From: Octopus vulgaris
Lineage: Eukaryota
Length of the DNA: 64,000 bases
Assembly: GCA_951406725.2 (NCBI GenBank)
Contig: OX597840.1
Coordinates: 5,208,001-5,272,000 of the forward strand
Direction of reading: 5' to 3'
Shown piece after piece: positions 24,288-41,696 of this stretch; the stretch's first letter is position 1; each line of letters opens with the position of its first letter. Made by a program: the position numbers and the translations under genes. The notes beneath the pieces are model-generated. The model was not told the DNA's origin, did not search any database, and saw only the letters and a list, made by a program, of their open reading frames with translations.

Positions 24288-24420
24288 GTTTTTACACACG
24301 AAGAATGCCTAGGCCTAGAATTGGTAGTACACCATAATACTGCCGGTTATCTGGTAATTCTAAGGGTGAACGAGCTCTATTATGTACTCTCATACGTTCT
24401 TAACGGAATACACCTCAACC

Positions 24421-24496
<76 letters not shown>

Positions 24497-24498
<2 letters not shown>

Positions 24499-24680
24499 AT
24501 TCACAAAGAAAAAAAAACAAAAGACGAAGACAGGTGGTGTAGACAACAAACAGATGTATTAGTATAACGCTCGGGAAGTGAAAAAGACTTTAACGTTTCG
24601 AGCCTACGCTCTTCCACAGAAAGGTATACAGAAACAAGGAGAGAAAATAAAGAATTTGTAGTGGCTAGCGATCTATCATG
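24497..24680 (-). mobile_element. Penelope-like terminal repeat with variant hammerhead core
   Basis: Reverse complement cttt-CTGTGGA-agagcgtaggctc-GAAA-cg-TT-aaag (24588-24623); non-canonical core. Confidence 0.5.
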
Positions 24681-25212
24681 GCGGTATATATATAAAACTT
24701 AGATATGTTTCGACCAAAGATTGGTCCAGGCCATGTCTAACTCAATAGCACCATATATATATGTATGTGTGTGTGTGTGTGTGTTCGTGGTTTTCGCATG
24801 AGGACAAGTACCTAGTGTCATGCGAATATGTGAATTGCTAATAGTTTTGCCTATATGCTTTGCATATTTATTACCTCATTGTGTACACCTGTTAACATAA
24901 TATGCCTTATGATGTCAATCATGCACTGAATTCTCGAAACAACTGTAACGTTCAGCTTACATTCTGTAAAATCTTGGTAACATTTCATATAAAAGAATCC
25001 CTTTCATCTCTAATTGTTTGTCCATCTTTCCTCTGTTATATACATATATATTTTACTTTTATGTCAAGTTATGTATAAAAACAATTTTACATGAAACTAA
25101 AAAATTATTCAATACTTTTAGTAGGGTACGTATATATTAAACTTTTACAAGAGGGGTGACATATATATGTATGTACATATGTATATATGCGCGCGCGTCT
25201 ATGTATCTAGAA

Positions 25213-25634
25213 CAGTGATTTTCAACCAGGGTTCCGCCAGTACAGTCCAGGGGTTCCGCAAGAAGTTACAAAACTGCTAAAATCGGCAGTAATTTTTAAG
25301 TCTCCTGTGCAGATATATGTGCACAAGACTATTAAATTATTGCACAGGGGTTCCTCGAGCCAGTGGAATGTTTCCTTGGGGTTCCGCTCCAGCAAAAAGT
25401 TTGAAAAGCACTGATATATATATATATATATATCAGTGTTTTTCAACCAGGGTTTCGCCAGTACAGTCCAGGGGTTCCGCAACAAGTTACAAAACTGCTA
25501 AAATCGGCAGTAATTTTTAAGTCTCCTGTGCAGACATGTGTGCATAAGACTATTAAATTATTGCACAGGGGTTCCTCGAGCCAGTGGAATGTTTCCTTGG
25601 GGTTCCGCTCCAGCAAAAAGTTTGAAAAGCACTG
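25213..25634 (+). mobile_element. Tandem dimer of hAT MITE (25213-25413, 25434-25634)
   Basis: Each unit has CAGTG..TTTTCAA TIRs; (AT)10 spacer; outer 8-bp TSD ATCTAGAA at 25205-25212 and 25635-25642. Confidence 0.9.
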
Positions 25635-26052
25635 ATCTAGAAAGTCCTTGTGCATTTTCGTATCATACTTTTACGATACTGCTGAACAATTTTAGGCGAA
25701 TGTGATTCCCATCGGATTTGTCTGAGTAGTTGAGGTATCATAAAAACAAGTTGCTTCCTCAGTTAATACGGATGTTCTCTGATACTCACTGCATCCGTTT
25801 TGCTGGACAACTGCATGAAACCATTAAAGATTAGATTCTGACACTAATCACGCAACAGTCTACGTGACTTCCCGCGAGAACACATTCATCAGTATTAAGA
25901 TTTCACATGGAATATTAAAGCAATAGTATGACACAGTCTTTTTATTTTATATTAGTATCGTATCAGCCGACTGCAAATTTGCTTTTGGGCAACAGAATTT
26001 AAGTAACTGGTGGTTAAGTGGTTATAAGTAATGTATGTAATTAAATTTCTTT

Positions 26053-26053
26053 G

Positions 26054-26124
<71 letters not shown>

Positions 26125-26125
26125 G

Positions 26126-26208
<83 letters not shown>

Positions 26209-26472
26209 GTCTGTCTGTCTCTATCTATCTATCCACCTATCTATCTATCTATCCATCTATCTATCCATCTATCCACCTATCTATCTATTTTTTATTTTAT
26301 TTTATTTATTTTTTTTGTTCTTTTCTTCCCTTTTACGATCCCTCTTGATCGAAAACCTACGCCACCCCTTTTTTTGTTTCTTTTGTTTTTTGTTTTTTCA
26401 TCCCCCAAAAGAAAAGCTCTACCTTGTAACTTGTCCCATCTGTGTGCAGCCCTGTGTGGCCAATAAAGAAAC

Positions 26473-26519
<47 letters not shown>

Positions 26520-26682
26520 GCTGTCTATCTCTCTCTCTCTTCTATCTATCTATCTATCTATATATATCTGTCTGTCTGTCTGTCTGTCTCCCTCTCTCTC
26601 TCTCTCTCTATCTCTCTCTATCTATCTATTTATCCATCTATCTATCTATCTAGCTGTCTCTCTCTCTCTATCTCTCTCTCTT

Positions 26683-26753
<71 letters not shown>

Positions 26754-26790
26754 GTCTGTCTGTCTATCTATCCTCTGTGAATCTATCAAT
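26053..26790. repeat. (ATCT)n/(CT)n microsatellites
   Basis: Direct inspection. Confidence 0.9.
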
Positions 26791-27453
26791 CTCTCTCTTT
26801 CTCTCAGCATTTACACGTTCATATGTATGTGTTTGTGTATGTTTGTATATATATATAAATGTGTGTATATGTGTGCATGTCGCTTTCCATATATACGTAT
26901 ATGTACGTATACACACACACGCACACACACACACACACACACTCTGCTGCCAAACTCAACTGTCGGTCCATCTTTCCTCCAGCTTCACCTACGTCCGACT
27001 CACAAACTTCACCTCCTCCCCTCTCTCTCTCTCTCTCTCTCTGCCTGTCTCATTCTTTCAGTGTCTTTATATCAGCGATGCCCCTCCTTCCTTTGTCGCA
27101 AAAGGAACAACCCACGTGACCACATTACATCACTATCCATACATCAACTCCCACCACCACCACCGCCACCTTCTAACCCCACCTTTTTTTCCCTTTTATA
27201 TCAATTTACTAAACCAACTTTAACAGACTTCCCCCACCCTCTCTCTCTATTTTTATTTCTTCCTCCAACCTAAACTACTCCCTCCTCCCTCCTCCTTGCT
27301 CCTGCTTCTATCCCCCCCTCTTTTTACATATATCTCTTTTCCCTCCTCCTCCTCTTTTTCTTTTCGTCTTCTTCTTCTTCCTCTCCTCCACCTCCTTCTT
27401 GTTATTACTATTATTGTCTCCACTCATTCTTCGTCCATTTGGCAAATAAAAGA

Positions 27454-27485
27454 AATTATTATTATCATTATTATTATTATTATTA

Positions 27486-27519
<34 letters not shown>

Positions 27520-27545
27520 CATTATTATTATCATTATTATTATTA

Positions 27546-27580
<35 letters not shown>

Positions 27581-27707
27581 TTTATTATCATTATTATTAT
27601 TATTATTATTATTATTGTTATTATTATTATTATTACTATTATTATTATTATCATTATTATCATTATCATTATTATTATCATTATTATTATTATCATTATT
27701 ATTATTG

Positions 27708-27753
<46 letters not shown>

Positions 27754-27800
27754 TATTATTATTATTATTATCATTATTATTTTTATTATTATCATTATTA

Positions 27801-27861
<61 letters not shown>

Positions 27862-28069
27862 CATTATTATTATTATTACCATTATTATTATTATCATTAT
27901 TATTATTATCATTATTATTATTATTATTATTATTATCATTATTATCATTATTATCATTATTATCATTATGATTATTATTATTATTATCATTATTATTATT
28001 ATTATTATCATCATTATTATTATTATCATTATTATTATTATTATCATTATTATTATCATTATTATCATT

Positions 28070-28101
<32 letters not shown>

Positions 28102-28127
28102 CATCATCATCATCATTATTATTATCA

Positions 28128-28162
<35 letters not shown>

Positions 28163-28173
28163 TATTATCATCA

Positions 28174-28216
<43 letters not shown>

Positions 28217-28230
28217 CATCATTATTATTA

Positions 28231-28270
<40 letters not shown>

Positions 28271-28274
28271 CATT

Positions 28275-28364
<90 letters not shown>
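27454..28364. repeat. ~900-bp (ATT/ATC)n microsatellite
   Basis: Direct inspection. Confidence 0.97.
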
Positions 28365-28366
<2 letters not shown>

Positions 28367-28669
28367 CCCCCTTCCTCCTTTCCCGCCTTTGCCTTTTCTT
28401 GTCATTCTTCCGCCTTCATTCTCTTTCTTTTTCTCCTTTCCCCTTTTTTTTTCTTGGCCGCTCCTCCCCTCCCGGTTTTTTCATCGCTCCCTAAACCTTC
28501 CCCCCTAATCCCAAACACCCGACAAAACACACCCTTCCGCCGCTACGTTTCCTACTCCCCCAACTCCCCCACCTCACAATCGGTCCCTAAAACAAACCAA
28601 ACAATTGTGGAAACCCCGCCTAAATAATAAAAACACACAAAACAGACAAAATTACATCGACGTATCTTC

Positions 28670-28731
28670 ACATACACACAAACACACACACATATACATA
28701 GATACACATACACAAAAATGCACGTGTACAG

Positions 28732-28781
<50 letters not shown>

Positions 28782-29033
28782 CTGTATATATACGTGTGTG
28801 TGCGTGCGTATACATACACACACACACATATATATATACACACACATATCTATATGTAATTGTCACTAAATGTGACTAGGGTGTTACAACACCTAGATTG
28901 CTAGAAATAAGAGCTAGCAATGAAGGTGTGTTCCTACATCCTAGTCACGTTTAGTGACAGTTCCTCTTTGGTGAAACATTGTACACTGATGTCTATATCA
29001 AATTATTGTGTGTATGTGCGTGTGCATATATAT

Positions 29034-29080
<47 letters not shown>

Positions 29081-29617
29081 TTATACATACATACACGTGT
29101 ATACGTTTGCCCAGTAACGTAAACTCACACGTACATAAGTATATATACTTTTATGTGCATGTATGTATGTGTGTGTATATTTATACATACATACATACAT
29201 ACATACATACATTTATTGATGTGTGCATGCATATATGTATATGCATGCATATATATATATATATAAATATATATATATGTATATATAGATATATAGAAAT
29301 TTATACATAGATACATACATACGTAGATAAATGTTTTTTATATAGGCATATTTACATATATATGTATATATACATAAAACCTGTGGATACATATACATAC
29401 ATACACACGCACACATATATATATATATACATACACTGGCATATAGGGACCTACTACTACACATCACACAAACACACACACACACATATATAAATATATA
29501 CGTACATAAACTGAATTCCATCCATGTATATAAATTTCATACTGGGCCCCCTCATATACATACAAAAAGTTACTATAAAGTTAACGTGTAAACAAATTCC
29601 GAAACTTAAGAGTGTAT

Positions 29618-29674
<57 letters not shown>

Positions 29675-29738
29675 TACACACACACACGTGCATGGCCATA
29701 TATATGCACACACACACACGCACGTGCTTGGCCATATT

Positions 29739-29771
<33 letters not shown>

Positions 29772-29782
29772 ATATATATATG

Positions 29783-29829
<47 letters not shown>

Positions 29830-29868
29830 GTATATATATAAATATATGTGTATATATATATATAAATA

Positions 29869-29918
<50 letters not shown>

Positions 29919-30008
29919 CATATATACATATATATGTATTTATGTATGTAAAGTTTGGATACCTTTATATACATATACAAATAAATATGAATAAGATACT
30001 GAAACATG

Positions 30009-30056
<48 letters not shown>

Positions 30057-30135
30057 AATAATACAAATACACATTGTATCTATAACACACACACACATGC
30101 ACACACACACGCACACACCCACACCCACACCCACA
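28670..30135. repeat. (AT)/(CA)/(TACA) microsatellite-rich region
   Basis: Direct inspection. Confidence 0.85.
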
Positions 30136-30219
30136 CCAGTGTCCGTCTTTGCTGCCTTCGCCCGTTACTTGCCGTATAAACATTACAAACAGTTATAGCA
30201 TTTTATTGAAGCTGTCTTT

Positions 30220-31335
30220 GAGAAGGGGATGGGAGGTGGGTGGAGGAGGAGGAGGTGGTGGTGGTGGTGGTGGTGGTGGATAGGAGGAGGAAGATGGGGA
30301 GGAGGTAGTGAATCGGTTTTGAGTAGGAGGAGCTAAGACAAACAGCGGGGAGGAGGGGGGGAAGGAACTTGCGAAAGATTTGAGATTGGAAAAATGGACA
30401 GAGTTAGTCGTCGTCGTCGGCGGCGGCGGCGGTGGCGAGGAAGTGTGGAGGGTGGTGGTGGATCGGATGATGGAGTTCTGTGAGTGGGGGAGGGGGAGGC
30501 GAGTGGGGGTGGGGGGCAGAAAGGCAGGTGGTGGAGGGGTGGTTGTTGCATCATGTTTGTGATGGTGGTGGTGTCAGTGTTGTTGGTGTTGTGGAAGTTG
30601 TGTTGGCGGTATTATTTCTAGCGTTGGTGATGGTAATGGTGGTGGCGGCGAAAGTGAAAGTGAAAGTGGTGACGGTTTTTCTTGATGGTTGTGGTGGTTG
30701 TGGTGGTGGTGGTGGTGGTGGTGGTGGTGATAGTTGTAGCGGTGAAGCATTCGTTATGGTTAATGATGATGATTATTGGTGACACTGGTTGTGGCGGCGG
30801 CGGCGGTGGTGATAGTGGCGCTTTTGCCGATTCTGGCTGTGCTACAGCGACTCCCGGCTGTGGCGGAGGCGGCGACAGCGGTATTTTGGGGGGACGGTGG
30901 TGAAATTAGCCTCGCAGTGCGTTGTTGTTGTTGTGGTAGTGGTGGTATGGGCGGTGGTTGTGGTGGTGATTGTTTGTTGGAATAGGAAATGTCAACAGTG
31001 AAGCTCAGTTTATGCCCATCATTGATACTAGAACCATCATCATCATCATCACCACTACCGTCATCACCTCCCCCACAAAAAACACCACCACCACCACTAC
31101 CACACCATCACCAGTATCAACACCATCGCTATCATCATCACCACTGCTCTAACCACCACGACCAACATCGCCCCCACTAACACCTCCACCACCATCACCG
31201 TCACAATCACTAACCAACTCCAGCCTCAACAAATGCATCCACCACCACCACTACCACCACCACCGCTACCACCACCACGGTCATCACCATCACAACAACC
31301 ATCACCACCGCTACCACAACCATCTTCATCAGCAT
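30220..31335. repeat. Degenerate (GGT)n tract switching to (CCA)n at ~31000
   Basis: G/T-rich triplets 30220-30985, C/A-rich triplets 31030-31335. Confidence 0.8.
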
Positions 31336-31428
31336 CCCTTTTTAAAACCCTTTCTCATCAAGCGTGTAGAAGGAAATTTGTTCTGCTAGAAATAAGTACC
31401 AGATTTTCCGCAATTCACATCATGCAGT

Positions 31429-31523
<95 letters not shown>

Positions 31524-31539
31524 ATGTGTGTATATATGT

Positions 31540-31650
<111 letters not shown>

Positions 31651-31669
31651 ACATAAACACAACACACAC

Positions 31670-31705
<36 letters not shown>

Positions 31706-31902
31706 GATGGGAAGGATAGACTGCATATGATGTAGTCTAAGGTAAACTATCTGGAAAAATATATGGAGGGGTCGCGGCTGGAACTTCTTATTCCCATCCT
31801 CTTCCTCCTCTCGTTATGTGTGTGTCTATGTGTACAAGTATATGTATTTGTTTCTATGTATGCGTATATGTGCGTATATATACATCTGTGTGTGTGTATG
31901 TA

Positions 31903-31965
<63 letters not shown>

Positions 31966-31970
31966 ATATA

Positions 31971-32285
31971 TCTATATATATAAAACTGAGAATGTTTCTA
32001 TTTGTCTGTGTGTCTATGTATGCAACACAAAACCACGGGAACTACCCAACCGATTTCATTCAAATTTTACACATGCCTTACATAGGGTCCATGCAGCGTC
32101 ATGGGCCCCCAAAATTTTCAACTACTTGGTTGCCTAATGCGAGCCCGGAGCATTCTCTTATCTCTTACACTATTTTATAGTATTACGTGTCAAAAATGAA
32201 AAAATGACATCTCTATTGTAATGTGAGATAGTACTTTTAGTTTTAATGCTTTCACTATTAATAACGAAAGTATTATCTCGCAATA
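31971..32285 (+). mobile_element. Helitron-like 5' fragment
   Basis: A|TCTATATATATAAAACTG..tgtctgtgtgtc..ccaaccgatttcattcaaatttt. Confidence 0.5.
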
Positions 32286-32569
32286 TATACTCGCATACAT
32301 GTGTGTGTGTGTGTGTATACACATACACACATGTATATACATACACGCACATATATTATATATTTATATATATGTATACATGTAGTATATATGTATATAC
32401 ATCTGCACATATATATGCATATATATATATATATATATACATATACGTATATATGTATGAATATTAAGTAAATATATGTATATATATATATATGTATAGA
32501 TGTATATGTATAGATAGATGTATATATGTAAATACAGACATGTATATGTTTATATATATATGTATATAT

Positions 32570-32617
<48 letters not shown>

Positions 32618-32749
32618 GTGTATATATATATATATGTATATATATACGTATATATATATATGTGCATATATATATATATATATATGTCTATACATATATA
32701 TATATGTATATACATATATATATGTGCATATATATACACATATATATAC

Positions 32750-32786
<37 letters not shown>

Positions 32787-32904
32787 TGTATATATATATG
32801 TGTATATATATGTGTATATATATATGGATATATTTATATAAATATATGTATATATACATATATATATATATAAATATATGTATATATATATATACATATA
32901 CATT

Positions 32905-33439
<535 letters not shown>

Positions 33440-33701
33440 AAATCCATACATGCATGCACACACACACGTATGCATGTATATATATTTACACATATATATA
33501 TTGAGTATATGTATATATGTATACATGTATATATATGTATAAATATACATATATATATGTATATATATACACATATATATGTATATATATTTGTATATGT
33601 ATATATGTATATATACATAGATATATCTATATGTACATATATATATGTGTATATACCTATATATACATATATATACGGATATTTATGAATACATATTTAT
33701 A

Positions 33702-33746
<45 letters not shown>

Positions 33747-33861
33747 GCATGTATATATATATACATTGATATGTATATATATGCATGTATAGATATGTAT
33801 ATATACGTATGTATATATATTTACATATATATCCATGTATATATATATATATGTATATACA

Positions 33862-33921
<60 letters not shown>

Positions 33922-33991
33922 TATTTATATGCATGTATATATTTATATACATGTACATTTCTATGCATCTATATTTATATAGACGTATATG

Positions 33992-34022
<31 letters not shown>

Positions 34023-34062
34023 GTATGCATACATGTGTACATGTATGTATATATATACATGC

Positions 34063-34103
<41 letters not shown>

Positions 34104-34189
34104 TATATGCATATATATACATGTATATATGTACATATATATATATATATTATATATATGTATGTATATATATATATATATATATATGT

Positions 34190-34395
34190 GTGTCTGTTTC
34201 TGTCTTTGTACCCCACCATCGCTTGACAAGCGATGTTGCTGTGTTTACGTCCCTGTGACTTAGCCGTTTGGCAAAACACACTGATAGAATGAGCGTTAGG
34301 CTTACAAGGAGGAAATCCTGTGATCGCTTTCTTCGACTAAAGGCGGTGTTCCGTCATGGCTGGAGTCACATGACCGAAAGAAATAAAACAATAAA
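34190..34395 (+). mobile_element. SINE family A, old 3' half
   Basis: Family homology. Confidence 0.7.
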
Positions 34396-34479
34396 AAACA
34401 CTATGTACACACACACACACAGACACACACGTATGTATATATATATACACTCCCATGGCCCCCTCTCTGGTTTTAAGTT

Positions 34480-34795
34480 CTGGCAAATCAGCAAGTTGCA
34501 CAAACAAAACTTGTCCTCTTTGCTTTCCTTGCCGTGATGTCGGTTCATCTGGGTAAGTCATGCAAATTTGTCTTTGAAGACATCCACGACTACGCCTTGT
34601 TGAACTCTGAGGACGTCCGGTTAGGTATTACAAAGCTGTGATTCCTTGAACCCTTAACTCTTGCAGTGTTTGGACTTCACTCTAGGTTTGAAAACGTGAG
34701 ACCTTGGGTAACAAGCAATGGCGTTCCCTGTTCGGTGGTTGATATGGTTTTTAATACCAATGTTAGGGGCTAGAGTCTCTAGGATCTTCCATATG
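34480..34795 (-). mobile_element. CR1-like LINE 3' fragment
   Basis: IWKILETLAPNIGIKNHINHRTG ... KHCKS*GFKESQL. Confidence 0.7.
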
Positions 34796-34871
34796 TGTTT
34801 GTATGTGTATATACACAAGTTTGTGGATCTATACGTATACATGTATATATATATATATGTGTGTATGTATG

Positions 34872-35020
34872 TGACAGGGCATTGAAGATCTGTGGGTCTT
34901 TGAACCCCAGGCTGTACCACTACCTGGTCCTGAATTACAATGGTACAATACAAAGGCGTACAGTTCTTGTATTTGTATAAGATTCAATGCCCATATTGGG
35001 TACCAGCCCTTCTGAAGTGT
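34872..35020 (-). mobile_element. CR1-like LINE 3' fragment
   Basis: EGLVPNMGIESYTNTRTVRLCIVP / FRTR*WYSLGFKDPQIFNAL. Confidence 0.7.
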
Positions 35021-35069
35021 TTGTATTTGAGTGTGTATATATATCAAATACATACAAATATACATGCAC

Positions 35070-35148
<79 letters not shown>

Positions 35149-35479
35149 ATCTATATATATACACATGTAATAATATATATATATATATATATAATACAAA
35201 CTGGGACAAGAACGCAATACATTTAAAAGGCGATACAAAAAACACGGATGGAAGATTCGAAGCCTTCAAAACTTCAGTCAAGAACCGGTTCATCCTCGCA
35301 ATTTCGGCTGATTAATCTTGAGAATGCTCCAATCTGGACAGCCCCAAGGAAAAACTAAGCTAAGCGCATTAGATTCCTTGGAAAAAAGCTTCGAATGTAT
35401 ATATGAAGATATATATATGTATATTTTTGTATGTATATATATATATATATATGCGCCTTCCCATGCGCCTTCCCATATA

Positions 35480-35535
<56 letters not shown>

Positions 35536-35545
35536 TATATGGGAA

Positions 35546-35852
35546 GGCGCATGACTCAGTGGTTAGAGCATCGTGAGGTTGTGAGTTCGATTCCCGGCTC
35601 GGGCTGCATGTTTTGTTCTTGAGCAAGACACTTTATTTTCACGTTGCTCCAGTTCACTCAGTTGTAGAAATGAGTTGCAACGTCACAGGTGCCAAGCTGT
35701 ATCGGTCCCTTTGCCTTTCCCTTGGATAAGATCAGTGGCATAGAGAGGGGAGGCCAGTATGCATGGGCAACTGCTGGTCTTCCATAAACAACCTTGTCCG
35801 GACTTGTGCCTGGGAGGGTAACTTTCTAGGTGCAATCCCATGGTCATGGTCA
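35546..35852 (+). mobile_element. SINE family C
   Basis: ggcgcatgactcagtggttagagc..gagttcgattcc; ttgagcaagacacttt. Confidence 0.82.
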
Positions 35853-35929
35853 TATGTATATATATATATATATATATATAAAGTATTATGAGCATATAGA
35901 ATATAAATTTATACATAATTTGTCATCAT

Positions 35930-36258
35930 CACCCATCAAAATACAGGACCAGATACTGCAACAGCTTGGGTTTCAGAGGACCACAGCTCTTTAACATCCT
36001 CCCTAAATGCCTGAGAGACTTGCACGATGTGGATGTGGGTTTCTTTAAAACTAAACTGGATCTCTTCTTGTCGGGGGTCCCAGATGAACCTACCTCACGA
36101 CAGGAGACACGGATGCGGGCAGCAGCATCGAACTCCCTTGTTGATCAAGTGCCACGTATCAGAGGTGGATTCACATATTAGTGTAGCTCATTCAGCGGTG
36201 CTGCCCCAGCGTGGCCGCGGCCTTCGGGCTAGATCATTTTTAAGGATTTAAGGATTTA
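35930..36258 (+). mobile_element. CR1-like LINE 3' end with tandem-repeat tail
   Basis: [53 protein letters not shown]...SNSLVDQV*; tail (taaggatt)2. Confidence 0.85.
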
Positions 36259-36330
36259 TAATCATACATGCCTACGCATATATATATATTCGTGTGCATA
36301 TATATATGTGTGTATATGTGTGTATATATA

Positions 36331-36380
<50 letters not shown>

Positions 36381-36381
<1 letters not shown>

Positions 36382-36578
36382 CTTGTTTCAGTCATTTGAC
36401 TGTGGCCATGCTGGAGCACCGCCTTTAGTCGAGCAAATCGATCCCAGGACTTATTCTTTATAAGCCTAGTACTTATTCTATCGGCTCTTTTGCTGAACCG
36501 CTAAGTTTCGGGGAATTAAACACACCACCATCGGTTGTCAAGCGATTTTGGTGGGACAAACACAAACACAAACACTCA

Positions 36579-36618
<40 letters not shown>

Positions 36619-36788
36619 CGTATATACGACGGGCTTCTTTCAGTTTCCGTCTACCAAATCCACTCACAAGGCTTTGGTCAGTCCGAGGCTAAAAGTAGAA
36701 GACACTTGCCCAAAGTGCCATGCAGTGGGACTGAACCCGGAACCATGTGGTCGGTAAGCAAGTTACTTACCACACAGCCACTCCTACA

Positions 36789-36791
<3 letters not shown>
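36381..36791 (-). mobile_element. SINE family A, full-length
   Basis: Family homology. Confidence 0.88.
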
Positions 36792-36834
<43 letters not shown>

Positions 36835-36890
36835 TATATATGTATATATACATATATATACATATACATATATATATGTATGTATGTATG

Positions 36891-36932
<42 letters not shown>

Positions 36933-36996
36933 CATACATACATATATATATATATATATTATATCTATACACACACAAATATATATGTATATATAC

Positions 36997-37046
<50 letters not shown>

Positions 37047-37084
37047 TATGTATGTATGTATGTATGTATGGATGGATGGATGGA

Positions 37085-37130
<46 letters not shown>

Positions 37131-37166
37131 TGTAAATGTAGTATGTGGCGATTCTTCGGTAGCAAT

Positions 37167-37227
37167 GATAAAACTCCGAGTTTCGGATACCGAGGTAGAA
37201 ACCCACGCCGCTATCTCTTCAGTTATC
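37167..37227 (-). ncRNA. Type I hammerhead ribozyme-like fold
   Basis: Reverse complement gataa-CTGAAGA-gata...tatc-c-GAAA-ctc-g-gag-TT-ttatc. Confidence 0.68.
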
Positions 37228-37256
37228 CGGCCATCGAAAAAACGCTATATATATAC

Positions 37257-37289
<33 letters not shown>

Positions 37290-37499
37290 TGTATGTATGT
37301 ATGTATGTATGTATGTATGTATGTATGTATGTATGTTTGTATGTATGTATGTATGTATGTATTTGTGCTTCAGCTACGCGCCTGCGCTCATGCCGTAGCA
37401 CCAACGTGACTTCGTAACGTTGTCACGGTCCTTTTCTGTCGTTGATATCTTGCGTTCAATGGTATGTAATATCTTCACCCCTGCTCATAATTCCGCCCT

Positions 37500-37750
37500 G
37501 GGTATTTGCTCATTTCGTGCAGGAAGGAGTTTCGCATTGTGGCCCTCATCCATACTTCATGCTCGCTACGTTCGTTCTTTACGTATCGTGGATCACAGAA
37601 AATCCAATTCGTTTTGGTAGACTGCTGTATCTAAATTATGAGGATTTCTTAAGAGCTGTGAGCCCTTGACACCCTAATTGCGTATGTGGTCCTTACTTTT
37701 GATGGAATGGGTGTTATCTTTGGTACTAAGCAACTGCGTCAATACCGGGA
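37500..37750 (-). mobile_element. CR1-like LINE 3' fragment, old
   Basis: RSCLVPKITPIPSKVRTTY / LGVKGSQL / HNLDTAVYQNELDFL / WMRATMRNSFLHEM. Confidence 0.6.
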
Positions 37751-37849
37751 TATGTATAAGAGTTGATACTAAATTTACGGACTATGGATGATTCTTCATG
37801 AATTTTCTACGGGTAAATTATTATATATCTCATGCGTCATGTATGTGTT

Positions 37850-40031
<2,182 letters not shown>

Positions 40032-40082
40032 TATATATGTAAGTATGTATATATGTATGTATTTATACCTACATAATAAAGG

Positions 40083-40118
<36 letters not shown>

Positions 40119-40289
40119 TGTATGTATGTATATATGTATGTATTTATACCTACATAATAAAGGTATATATATGTATGTATGTATGTTTGTATATATGTAT
40201 GTATTTAAACCTACATAATAAAGGTATGTATGTATGTATGTATGGTATATAGACAGCCATAGACTAAGCCATGTCTAGCCGAACATTGG

Positions 40290-40668
40290 CCAAGTATTTA
40301 AAACCTTTCTTCCCAACCACACGGTTCCGGGTTCAGTCCCAATGCGTGACAATTCTGCTATAACCTTAGGCCGACCAAAGCCTTGAGAATAGAGCTGATG
40401 GACGGAAACTGAAAGAAGCCTGTCATATATATATACACATATATATATACACATATGTATGTTTTTTTGTATTTGCGTGTTTCTTTTTGTTCCCCCACCA
40501 TCGCTTAACAACCGATGCTGGTGTGTTTACGTCCCCGTAACTTAGTGGTCAGGCAAAAGTGTGCGATAGAATAAGTACTAGGCTTACAAAGAATAAGTCA
40601 TGGGGTAGATTTATTTGACCAAAGGCGGTGCTCCAGCATGGCCGCAGTCAAATGACTGAAGCAAGTAA
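40290..40668 (+). mobile_element. SINE family A, diverged
   Basis: Family homology. Confidence 0.8.
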
Positions 40669-40687
40669 TATGTGTCTGTGTGTATGT

Positions 40688-40718
<31 letters not shown>

Positions 40719-40868
40719 GTAATATTATATATATTATATTTATACCTTTGTATAAAACGCTAGGATTGTGTATATTAATGTGGTATATATTTATATGCAT
40801 ACAAATTTATTCACAAATCGCATACGTACATGCATACACACTCTCATACATACACGCATAAAAGCAAA

Positions 40869-40904
<36 letters not shown>

Positions 40905-41172
40905 GCTGAGAAATTTGTTTCACGACCATGATGTCTCGGGTTCGAATCCTAAGAGTTACCTCTTAACCAGTCACTTAAGATCATCCCGACATCGATCCAT
41001 ATGTGATTTGTGTACGATTTTTAAAATACATTTTTTTCACCGGCACAGATTTAAAACCTGAATAATTTAATTATATCAAAATATATTTGAATTTCTAGAT
41101 TAACTTAATTTACACGCGTTTGTCCAAACAACGCCCCCTATATTTCTGAAAATGTGTCACTCTGTCTGTCTT

Positions 41173-41234
<62 letters not shown>

Positions 41235-41405
41235 GTGTGTGTGTGTATACACACACAAAATGTCTACATACATATCATATATATTCAAACATATGCGTGT
41301 TTATATATATATATAAATACATATGTGTCTGTGTATACATATATAAATCTTATGTGTACTACATGTATTATATATGTGTGTGTGTATATATATATACACA
41401 CACAG

Positions 41406-41481
<76 letters not shown>

Positions 41482-41510
41482 GTGTCTATAAATATATATA
41501 TATGCATATA

Positions 41511-41581
41511 CACCAGGTGGTGCTATTAAGTTAGACATGGCCTGGGCCAATAATGGCCGAAACCTATCAAAGTATCAAAGT
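41511..41581 (+). mobile_element. Very short 3' stub of the LINE at 43895-45010
   Basis: caccaggtggtg..agacatggcctgggcc..ggccgaaacc(tatcaaag)2; similar minus-strand stub at ~24700-24752. Confidence 0.7.
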
Positions 41582-41637
41582 ATACATATATATATATATA
41601 TATAGTATATATATGCATATATATACATGTAAGTATA

Positions 41638-41696
<59 letters not shown>

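Noticed and set aside
30333-31335. Gly/Val- or Pro/His-rich coding exon
   Set aside because: Degenerate GGT/CCA triplet tracts with stops and no domain or splice evidence.
35250-35400. Hammerhead in a PLE-looking island
   Set aside because: A ggctg..cagcc-GAAA stem is present on the minus strand but no correctly placed CTGANGA.
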